DNA from: Candidatus Pacearchaeota archaeon
GTDB taxonomy: Archaea; Nanobdellota; Nanobdellia; Pacearchaeales; GW2011-AR1
Assembly: GCA_041659265.1 (NCBI GenBank)
Contig: JBAZYP010000007.1
Location: forward strand, 9,928 to 73,927
Length of the DNA: 64,000 nucleotides
Reading direction: 5' to 3'
The notes below the pieces were generated by a model. It saw nothing but the letters and a program-made list of their open reading frames with translations, was not told the DNA's origin and did no database searches. The position numbers and the translations under genes are program-made. Positions 8,513-16,787 of the stretch are shown in pieces (the first letter of the stretch is position 1; each line of letters begins with the position of its first letter).

Positions 8513-9004
8513 ATGGAGTCTCCAAAAATAGATGACCTTGATTATGAAAGATATTTCATAAATATTGAAGATTTAACAGAAATTTTAAGAGATTTATCAA
8601 GAAATTATTGTAAAGATAATTGTCCTATTTCAGGCATTATAAAATGTTGCGGATATGATCATCATAAACATTCTCTTCCTGAAACTATATTAAACAATCA
8701 AGAATCTGAAGCTATATCAAAGGGCTGGATTTTTCATAATGAAGAAGATAGGTGCAGATATCATTCAGATAGCGGATGTAGTTTAACAAAAACAATATCT
8801 CCAATTTGCATTGGTTACTTTTGTTCAGATTTAACAAATTATTTAACCAATAATTCCAAGGATAAAGAATTAATGAACGAATTTCTAGAATCAATTGGAA
8901 TTGTTAGAATGAGTTCTAGATTTGATTATCAATTTAATAGAATTAATTATTATCTAGAAGATACTATCCAATTAGGAAGAAAAATCTTAGAGAATTCTAA
9001 ATAA
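8513..9004 (+). CDS. Cys-rich protein, possibly a YkgJ/CxxCxxCC-type zinc/iron-chelating domain protein
   Basis: 163 aa with the Cys patterns NYCKDNCPISGIIKCCGYD and DRCRYHSDSGCSL...SPICIGYFC. Confidence 0.4.
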   Translation: MESPKIDDLDYERYFINIEDLTEILRDLSRNYCKDNCPISGIIKCCGYDHHKHSLPETILNNQESEAISKGWIFHNEEDRCRYHSDSGCSLTKTISPICIGYFCSDLTNYLTNNSKDKELMNEFLESIGIVRMSSRFDYQFNRINYYLEDTIQLGRKILENSK

Positions 9005-9084
9005 CTACTGCGATTATTAATAATTATTTATCAATACTTAGCTAAGATTAATAAACGACAGTACTTCTATAATAAAAAGATCAA

Positions 9085-9897
9085 ATGAAAAATAAATCCC
9101 ATAATATAATTGAAGTTAAAAATCTTACAAAGAAATTTAAAAATTTAGTTGCTGTAAATAACATCTCTTTTGAAGTAAAAAAAGGAGAAATATTAGCTTT
9201 TTTAGGCCCAAATGGAGCAGGTAAAACAACAACAATAAAAATGTTAACAACCCTTCTTAAACCGACTTCAGGAAATATTCATATTAATAATTTTGATATA
9301 TCTGATACTGATGAAATAAGAAAATCTTTTGGAATTGTTTTCCAAGACCCAAGTTTAGATAATGAACTTTCAGCATATGAAAATCTAGAATTTCATGGAA
9401 TTATGTATGATGTTCCTAAAGAATTAAGAAGAGAGCGAATAGATTATCTTTTAAAATTTGTAGGTTTATTTGATAGAAAAAATGATTTTGTAAAAACCTT
9501 TTCAGGTGGAATGAAAAGAAGATTAGAAATAGCTAGAGGTTTAATCCATCATCCTAAAATATTATTTCTTGATGAACCAACATTAGGTTTAGATCCTCAA
9601 ACAAGAAACCATTTATGGGACTATGTTAAAAAACTTAACAAAGAAGAAGGAATGACTGTTTTACTAACAACTCATTACATGGAAGAAGCTGATAAAATTT
9701 CAGATAGAATTGCAATAATCGACAACGGAAAAATAATTGCAAATGGAACTTCAAAAGAATTAATGAAAAATACAAAAACTGATTCTTTGGAAAAAGCATT
9801 TCTAAAACTTACAGGTGATAAAATAAGAGAAGAACCAGGTGGAGCTAAAGATAGAGCAAAATACCAAAATAGAATGTGGGGCGGTGGAGGAAGATGA
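9085..9897 (+). CDS. ABC transporter ATP-binding protein (ABC-2 / DrrA-like subfamily)
   Basis: Walker A GPNGAGKTT, signature FSGGMKRRL, Walker B ILFLDEPTLGLD, H-loop LLTTHYMEEA. Confidence 0.9.
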   Translation: MKNKSHNIIEVKNLTKKFKNLVAVNNISFEVKKGEILAFLGPNGAGKTTTIKMLTTLLKPTSGNIHINNFDISDTDEIRKSFGIVFQDPSLDNELSAYENLEFHGIMYDVPKELRRERIDYLLKFVGLFDRKNDFVKTFSGGMKRRLEIARGLIHHPKILFLDEPTLGLDPQTRNHLWDYVKKLNKEEGMTVLLTTHYMEEADKISDRIAIIDNGKIIANGTSKELMKNTKTDSLEKAFLKLTGDKIREEPGGAKDRAKYQNRMWGGGGR

Positions 9898-9997
9898 AAA
9901 TAATATTTTTATCCAATTCAATTAATAATATAAAATATAAAGGAGATAGTTCAAAACTCGTTTCTAAAAAGCGAGATAAATAGAACTTTTTAATTTT

Positions 9998-10741
9998 ATG
10001 AGAGCAATTTACATAATGTGGTTAAGACAATTGAAAAGATATTGGCGTTCAAAAGGTAGAATGATAGGTGCATTAGGTCAACCAATTTTGTTCTTTATTG
10101 CATTAGGTTTTGGATTTGGTCCAATATATGCACAAGCTAATGGTTCTAATTACATTGAATTTTTAGCTCCAGGAATAATTGCTATGACAATTTTATTTAC
10201 CTCCATGTTTACAGGTTTAGAAGTAATTTGGGATCGTCAATTCGGATTTTTAAAAGAAACCTTGGTAGCTCCAGTAAAAAGGAGGGATATAATGATAGGT
10301 AAGACCTTAGGCGGAGCTACAGTAGCAATAATTCAAGGTTTAATTGTATTTATTATAACATTAATTGCAGGCTTTCAACCAAATTGGACTATGTTTCCAT
10401 TAGCATTATTATTTATGTTTCTAATTGCAGCAGGTTTTACAGCACTAGGAGTTTCAATTGCATCAAGATTAGAAGATATGCAAGCTTTTCCAATTATAAT
10501 GAACTTCATGATAATGCCAATATTCTTCCTTTCAGGAGCTTTATTTCCATTAGATAATCTGCCTAAAGCATTAGATATAATTACCAAATTCAATCCCCTT
10601 ACTTATGGTGTAGATGGAGTTAGAGGGGCTTTAACAAATACCGGTCATATGAATATTTTATTAGATTTAGGAGTCATAACTTCAGTTATGATAATATTAA
10701 TTGCAATAGGCACATATATGTTCTCAAAAACCGAAGCATAA
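9998..10741 (+). CDS. ABC-2 type transporter permease
   Basis: 247 aa with six predicted TM segments. The N-terminus, MRAIYIMWLRQLKRYWRSKGR, is typical of ABC-2 permeases. It follows the ATPase gene. Confidence 0.8.
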   Translation: MRAIYIMWLRQLKRYWRSKGRMIGALGQPILFFIALGFGFGPIYAQANGSNYIEFLAPGIIAMTILFTSMFTGLEVIWDRQFGFLKETLVAPVKRRDIMIGKTLGGATVAIIQGLIVFIITLIAGFQPNWTMFPLALLFMFLIAAGFTALGVSIASRLEDMQAFPIIMNFMIMPIFFLSGALFPLDNLPKALDIITKFNPLTYGVDGVRGALTNTGHMNILLDLGVITSVMIILIAIGTYMFSKTEA

Positions 10742-10810
10742 AAATATTATGTTAAATTACAAGGGGATTTTTTTAAGAATTTATAGCAATATATAACGCT
10801 TCAAAGAAAA

Positions 10811-11152
10811 TTAATTATCTTTAAAACGTAATTCATCTAATAATTCTCCAAGTGCCCTTTTTAGAGCATAAGTTCTAACTTCTTCAGAACTAATCTCCCT
10901 AAAATATAGTTGATAATTTTGAGTAGATTGATATTGTAAGCAATTTTTTTCAATTTGAAGTTCTCCAAGTATGGCACTTTCTCCACCAACATCCATAGAG
11001 ATTATATAACTATCCAACCCTGATTTTTTTTGAAAAGTAAGCCTATTTCCATTATCATATTTAATTATTGGAAAACCATCGACTAATTTCATTACACCAA
11101 GTTCAGAATTTCTATCTTCGGGTTCTGTTGATATTACTAAATATGTTTCCAT
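10811..11152 (-). CDS. Hypothetical soluble protein
   Basis: 113 aa ORF with no overlapping competitor and no recognisable motif. Confidence 0.5.
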   Translation of the reverse strand: METYLVISTEPEDRNSELGVMKLVDGFPIIKYDNGNRLTFQKKSGLDSYIISMDVGGESAILGELQIEKNCLQYQSTQNYQLYFREISSEEVRTYALKRALGELLDELRFKDN

Positions 11153-11209
11153 TTTAATTATTTTATCAAGAACTCTTTTATCTTATAAGATTCAATCGAT
11201 TAGTTACAA

Positions 11210-11313
11210 CGCCCGGGACAGGACTTGAACCTGCGACCTACTGCTTTCCCCTAAATATCTTTATTGTCTATTATTAGAAGGCAGTCGCTCTATCCAAACT
11301 GAGCTACCCAGGC
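11210..11313 (-). tRNA. tRNA-Arg (anticodon TCT) with a 29-nt intron at the canonical 37/38 position
   Basis: Reverse strand: GCCTGGGTAGCTCAGTTTGGATAGAGCGACTGCCTTCTA [intron, 11246..11274] AGCAGTAGGTCGCAGGTTCAAGTCCTGTCCCGGGCG. The acceptor, D, anticodon (ACTGC/GCAGT) and T stems all pair once the intron is removed. Confidence 0.85.
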
Positions 11314-11409
11314 ATTTCTAAATTTGAATCGATTATTACATTTATAAAATTATCTAATAGTCCCCTAAATTAAAAAACTTCTTTTATAACTATTCTTTTA
11401 TGAATATAT

Positions 11410-12081
11410 CTACTTTCTTTTAGATTTAGAACTCTTATTAACTGTCTTAACTTTATCAATCCGACTATCTAAACTATCTTTATCCTTATTTCTAAATATA
11501 AAAAATATTCCAATTGCAATAAAAATTAAGAATATTACATAACCAATTATTTTGTTTCTTGGATTTTCCAATATAGTATTTCCAGTAGCAAAAGATTCCC
11601 CAAGAACTATAGACTGGCTTACCATTTTCTTTGTGTCTGCTGACATTGCCATATTTAATTTATATACGCCAGCAGGTCTACCTTTTAAGTTTAAATTTAT
11701 ACTCCGAAGATTCTCTTTCTTTTCTTTATTTATAGGAAAAGTATCAACTATTCTTCTTATTTCTACTTTATTAGGGTCCGTTATCCAAAATTCAACTGAA
11801 GTTGAACTTCCAAAATAATCACTACTATCAAAAATATAATTAATAGTTAATAATCTTGAACTTTCTTTTATCGATTTAACTTGAAGATTATTTAATCCAT
11901 TTGAAAATTCATTCGTTAACAATATATTATTACTTGATAAAGACTTATTAGGTTCATAAGAAGAACTTCCTGTTCCAATAACTCTTCCAGAGATTCCGCC
12001 ATTATAAATAATAAAAATTCCAAATATTGAAAACATAATTAATAACGAACCGATTATTTTTGATATTTTTTCTGTTTTCAT
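11410..12081 (-). CDS. Surface protein with an N-terminal signal/anchor and the shared C-terminal sandwich-plus-TM anchor module
   Basis: 223 aa. The C-terminal region VEFWITDPNKVEIRRIVDTF...GVYKLNMAMS...SIVLGESFATGNTILENPRNKIIGYVIFLIFIAIGIFFIF is homologous to the C-terminus of the 1509 aa protein encoded just upstream. Confidence 0.65.
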   Translation of the reverse strand: MKTEKISKIIGSLLIMFSIFGIFIIYNGGISGRVIGTGSSSYEPNKSLSSNNILLTNEFSNGLNNLQVKSIKESSRLLTINYIFDSSDYFGSSTSVEFWITDPNKVEIRRIVDTFPINKEKKENLRSINLNLKGRPAGVYKLNMAMSADTKKMVSQSIVLGESFATGNTILENPRNKIIGYVIFLIFIAIGIFFIFRNKDKDSLDSRIDKVKTVNKSSKSKRK

Positions 12082-12122
12082 CTTTTTTATATATCTATTA
12101 AACTGCTAATCCTATTTAAATT

Positions 12123-15100
12123 TTACATTGGAGCCTTAGTTTCATTTGAAAAAATTTCTTCCTTCATCTTTATATGAGGCGGAGATTTTTTTAATGGAAG
12201 TTGACTATTTAACATTTTTAAATCTTCATCAGGTTTTGACTTCCTATTTGATAGAAATACAAAAAATATTCCTGATAAAACTATTACAATAAAAACAATA
12301 TATATGAACTTCTTATTTTCTGGATTCTCAAATACAGCCATTCCAGTGGTTGTTGGTTTACCTAAAACAACTGACTGTCTAACATAATCCTCTTTATTTG
12401 AAGATAATGCAAAATACAAATAATAAACTCCAATAATATTTTCTGGAATCTCCATATTTATTATTCGTTCGTTTTCTCCAATAGACTCTATCTTAAATTT
12501 ATCTTCTATTCTTTTTATCTCAATTTTATCTTTATCAATTAACCAAATATTAACTGAAATATCTTTAGAGATATCAGAACTATTTAGGGTATAAGATATT
12601 GCCAAATTTCCTTTTTGATGTTCAACTTCTTTTATTTTAATAGATTCAAGTCCCTTAGGAATACTTACAGTAAGATTCTGGCCAGATCTTACTTCATTGC
12701 ATACAATTTCAATACTTCCTTTATATTCTCCAGAAATTGTTTCTTCAGGAATATTTATATCAAAAATAAAATTAATATTTTCACCAGGAGATAATCCAAT
12801 TAATTGTTTTGAATATATCCAAGAATTAATCTCTCCATTAACTACAAGTTTGCATTTATTTAAAAAAACATTACCCGAATTTTTAGCTAAAACAAAGAGA
12901 GTTTTTTTATCACCAGTTCTTGCAATTATATTATTAATCTTACTTATCTCTAATTTAACGATATTAGTCAAATTAACCTTTTGAACAAGTATTCCTCCCC
13001 CTCCTCCGCCAGAAGAACTTCCTCCAGTAGAAGGAGAATTAGTTGTTGAAGAAGTTGTTACATTAAAATAAGTTTTAACAATTCTTAAATTTTCACTTGT
13101 GTCTTCTGCAAACAAATTTAAAACATATTCAGAATCACTTGGAACATTAAAAGTTGTTGATGAGCAATCACTCAAAAGAACATTTTCAAGTCCTGAAACA
13201 GTTCCTCCAGTTGATTTATAGGTTACATTAAACCAACAAGTTAATTCATCATTGCTATCAACATTATCACTTGCACTAAATTGTAATGGTATTCCTGTCT
13301 TATAACTTTTAACTCCAACAGGTTCATTTATGGTTAAGCTTGGTGAAACTGTATCACTTAATATTGTAATATTATTTATAATAAATCTGTTGATATTATT
13401 AGCTGAATCATTTGAATAAATGCTGATATTATAATTTCCTTCAGTTCGGCTTGTTTCCATATAATTCTCTCCATTCAAACAATTTTGAATACTAATATTG
13501 GTTATGCCATTATCAAAACTATAAAAGCAGCCATCTAGATTAATTTCATCAACTGAAAAATTTATTATTACAGAGATATTTTTATAAAAGATCATATTAT
13601 CATTTAAAGAAAGATTACTAATAACAGGTAATGTTGTATCAATCTTTACAGTTCGATTATTAAATGCAAAACTTTGATAATTTCCAGCATAGCATTTTAC
13701 ATTCCATTTATAACTGCCATCGGATAAAGTCATATTGAATAAATTTATTCCTCCACTAGAATTTACAAAACTCATATTGGTTTTAACAATATTAAAGCTT
13801 CCATTATAATCCATATATAGACTGCAATTCCTTATTGAAGATAAACTATTTATAGAATAATTAAAATAATTAAAATTATTTTTACTCCAGAAATTCTCCA
13901 CAGGACTGATTAAATCAATTGCAAGTATTGTAGAAATAGAAAAACTTCTGTTCATATTAATTAAATTTCCAAAACTATCATTTGCAAAAAAATTAATTTG
14001 ATGATTTCCATCATAAGTATTAAATGAGGAATTCATGCATCCAGCTAAATTAATTTTAATTCCATTATCCAATTGATAATAACAAGAATCAATCCCACTA
14101 AAATCACTAATACTATAATTTAAACCTATGCTATTATTTTCTCCATAAGTTTTAGATTCAGGAGAATAAATATTAACAACAGGCGGAGTTATATCATTTA
14201 CATTAACAAAATAACTTTCAATTGAATAAGTATAGTTTTCAGTTTCTAAATATCTTGCAGTAATATTATAATTTCCAGGTTGTGAAAAACTAGTTAGATT
14301 ATAATATGAAGAATTTCCATTAGAATAAATATTGCCATTAACTAAAATCTGGATATTACTTTCAAAACCAGTCGATGTTGAATTAATAGCAAATATCTCT
14401 CCTTCATTTATTGTAAGATTATCTCGAATATTATTTAAATAAAGTCTTAGATTTGAATTTGCTTTAGTAACATTAATATAAACCCTAACTCCGCTAGAAT
14501 TCATAATATAATTAGTATCTCCACTTGAATTAATAAAATATTCATAATAACCTGCAGCCAATGTCTTATTTAATGAATTTTCGCTACTTACTTCCAATCC
14601 ATTTCTAAATAAATTTATTTCACCACTTTCAGAATTTCCACTAACATTAACTTGTCTAAGATATTCAGAAGTAATATTCTGATAAATATTATCTACAAAT
14701 AATCTAACAGAATTTGATATTTTATTAACTATTAAAGTCTTATTTATACTTCCAGCAGAATAATTTTCTCCACCACTAGTATTATAAAAATAATTATAAA
14801 TTCCAGCATTTAAACTAACGATATTTGGATTTGAAACAAGAATTCCATCTCTATATAGTTCATAAATAAGATCAGAATCTCCAATATTGTTTTCAATTGT
14901 TGATGTACTTGTTTGAACACCATAATTTACAATTGAAGAAGGAGTTATTGTAATATTCATAGTTAAATTAGGATTAGCTTTATTTATATTAGCAAATAAA
15001 ACAAGATCACTAATACTATCTGTATAATTCTCATTTCCACTAGAATTAACCCTATATTCGTAATTTCCAGCACCTAATAATAAATTTTGATTATTTATTG

Positions 15101-16652
15101 AACTTATATCATTACTATCCCTAAATAAGTTTATGCTTCCACCATTAGTTTTAGCAGATGCATTAAGATTCTGTTGATAAATTAAAGAAACATTATTTGC
15201 CTGGTTATTTAATAGAAGAGTTAATGTTGGAGCAATCTTATTTACAGTTAGAGTTTTAATATAACTTCCAGAACTATAATTAGAACATCCTGAAGTAGAA
15301 TAATTAAATATTGTTTCCCCTCCCCTATAAATAGTATTTGATTTATCCATTGTATAAATACAATCAGAATCACCAGAATTAGTTTCACCACCAATATAAT
15401 CTGAAATAACTCCATAATTAATAAGACTTGTTCCGGTAATAGTCATATTATTTGCAGGACTAATTTTATTTATAACAAAACTGCTTACATTTTCTGAATA
15501 ACTGTAATTCTGAGTACCTAAAAGACTGCAATTAAAAACATGTGTTCCAGCTCCAAGAACTAATGGTAAACCAGAACTTATTATATTTCCATTTAGTCTT
15601 AAAACAGCACTTCCTATTCCGGAAATTACTGAACAATTTGGAATTATTGAATTAGTATAATCTTGTGGAGAGATTTTATCAAAAAATAAAGAAGTTTGAG
15701 AATTTGATTTGCTTATAACATAACTTCTATTCTGGCTTCTATTATAATTTCCATTACTATCATTACCATACCAAAAATATTCATAAGTTCCAGTTGCTAA
15801 ATTACTCTTATTAAAAATAAAAATATTTGATATATTAATAATTAAATTTCTAGAAAGATTATTTCCATTAAATACAGCCCCCATATAATTTATATTTGAT
15901 TCAGTTATAGTGATATTAAAATAATAATCTTGCCCATATTGATAATTACTTCCGTTTATTGGATATTCATTATAGTCAGAAAAACCAGGAGGATTTGAAT
16001 CAATTATAATTCCTGAAATAGTTAGATTATCAATTCTGCAATATTCAGAAATAGCTCCTGCAGTACATTCAAACTTTATTTTAAAATTAGAATTATTATT
16101 AGCTGAACTTGTTAAATTAAACTGTTTTTCAACATATGACGCATCATTTGCAGAATTTGATCTTTCAATTTCATGCCATGTTGAACCATCAAACCATTCA
16201 ACACTAAACCAATCAACAGTGTCTAATCCAATTAACTTTCTATAATATCTTACAGAAATATTAGTATAACTATTAGTTGAATATATCTTTTCCATTACTG
16301 CGGCAGGTTCAGTTGAACCTGGAGCGTTTACTTGAATATGATAACTTCCAGAATAAGGATCAAGTGTAGAAGCACCCCAGTTAACTCCATTATTATTAGA
16401 TAAAGTCCAAGATGAAATACTTCCAGATTCAAATCCCTCGCTATGTATATTATCAGCCAAAATTCCCCCAATCATCATTATCATAAAAAATCCAAATAAA
16501 AATAGAGAGATATTTTTCTTTCCATTTTTCATTATATCTCTTATAACAAGTTCAATCTTCTTTGAAAGCATTATTGCATTTTCTTCACAATATTTTTGAA
16601 AATCAGAATAAGTCTTACTATCTATACTTAAAGTAACCTTCTTTTTTCCCAT
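12123..16652 (-). CDS. Giant (1509 aa) N-glycosylation-sequon-rich surface protein. It has an RHH-like N-terminal 40 aa, one TM helix, a jelly-roll-like domain, tandem Ig-like repeats, a poly-Gly linker and a C-terminal anchor module.
   Basis: Uninterrupted ORF with an ATG at 16652. N-terminus: KKVTLSIDSKTYSDFQKYCEENAIMLSKKIELVIRDIM, then the TM helix ISLFLFGFFMIMMIGGILA. It also has repeated ..AG.Y.Y....G..NY.. units and a C-terminal TM helix FIYIVFIVIVLSGIFFVF. Confidence 0.85.
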   Translation of the reverse strand: MGKKKVTLSIDSKTYSDFQKYCEENAIMLSKKIELVIRDIMKNGKKNISLFLFGFFMIMMIGGILADNIHSEGFESGSISSWTLSNNNGVNWGASTLDPYSGSYHIQVNAPGSTEPAAVMEKIYSTNSYTNISVRYYRKLIGLDTVDWFSVEWFDGSTWHEIERSNSANDASYVEKQFNLTSSANNNSNFKIKFECTAGAISEYCRIDNLTISGIIIDSNPPGFSDYNEYPINGSNYQYGQDYYFNITITESNINYMGAVFNGNNLSRNLIINISNIFIFNKSNLATGTYEYFWYGNDSNGNYNRSQNRSYVISKSNSQTSLFFDKISPQDYTNSIIPNCSVISGIGSAVLRLNGNIISSGLPLVLGAGTHVFNCSLLGTQNYSYSENVSSFVINKISPANNMTITGTSLINYGVISDYIGGETNSGDSDCIYTMDKSNTIYRGGETIFNYSTSGCSNYSSGSYIKTLTVNKIAPTLTLLLNNQANNVSLIYQQNLNASAKTNGGSINLFRDSNDISSINNQNLLLGAGNYEYRVNSSGNENYTDSISDLVLFANINKANPNLTMNITITPSSIVNYGVQTSTSTIENNIGDSDLIYELYRDGILVSNPNIVSLNAGIYNYFYNTSGGENYSAGSINKTLIVNKISNSVRLFVDNIYQNITSEYLRQVNVSGNSESGEINLFRNGLEVSSENSLNKTLAAGYYEYFINSSGDTNYIMNSSGVRVYINVTKANSNLRLYLNNIRDNLTINEGEIFAINSTSTGFESNIQILVNGNIYSNGNSSYYNLTSFSQPGNYNITARYLETENYTYSIESYFVNVNDITPPVVNIYSPESKTYGENNSIGLNYSISDFSGIDSCYYQLDNGIKINLAGCMNSSFNTYDGNHQINFFANDSFGNLINMNRSFSISTILAIDLISPVENFWSKNNFNYFNYSINSLSSIRNCSLYMDYNGSFNIVKTNMSFVNSSGGINLFNMTLSDGSYKWNVKCYAGNYQSFAFNNRTVKIDTTLPVISNLSLNDNMIFYKNISVIINFSVDEINLDGCFYSFDNGITNISIQNCLNGENYMETSRTEGNYNISIYSNDSANNINRFIINNITILSDTVSPSLTINEPVGVKSYKTGIPLQFSASDNVDSNDELTCWFNVTYKSTGGTVSGLENVLLSDCSSTTFNVPSDSEYVLNLFAEDTSENLRIVKTYFNVTTSSTTNSPSTGGSSSGGGGGGILVQKVNLTNIVKLEISKINNIIARTGDKKTLFVLAKNSGNVFLNKCKLVVNGEINSWIYSKQLIGLSPGENINFIFDINIPEETISGEYKGSIEIVCNEVRSGQNLTVSIPKGLESIKIKEVEHQKGNLAISYTLNSSDISKDISVNIWLIDKDKIEIKRIEDKFKIESIGENERIINMEIPENIIGVYYLYFALSSNKEDYVRQSVVLGKPTTTGMAVFENPENKKFIYIVFIVIVLSGIFFVFLSNRKSKPDEDLKMLNSQLPLKKSPPHIKMKEEIFSNETKAPM

Positions 16653-16690
16653 AAAAAACTTATGTTTTTTTCATTTATAAATCTATTTCT

Positions 16691-16730
16691 ATGTATTTCT
16701 TTAGAAATATATGTATTTCTTTAGAAATAT
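16691..16730. promoter_or_regulatory. Perfect 20-bp tandem direct repeat (2 copies plus a degenerate half copy at 16681..16690), each containing the inverted repeat ATTTCT-nn-AGAAAT; candidate operator upstream of the 1509 aa gene
   Basis: atgtatttctttagaaatat occurs at 16691..16710 and 16711..16730. The repeats lie 39-78 nt upstream of the ATG (16652), just upstream of the TATA-like ATTTATAAAT at 16673..16682. Confidence 0.5.
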
Positions 16731-16787
16731 ATTATGATATAGATTTTTTTTCTATAATAATAAAGAAAAAAAGAAAAAAAGAAAAAA

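Noticed and set aside
9894-9983. 29 aa ORF in the 100-nt gap between the ABC ATPase and permease genes
   Set aside because: It is very short, has no motif, and is most likely non-coding spacer.
16691-16730. Possible CRISPR array or minisatellite
   Set aside because: There are only two adjacent 20-bp copies with no spacers, and the position is in a promoter. It is better explained as an operator-like tandem site. No CRISPR-like repeat-spacer structure was seen anywhere in the window.
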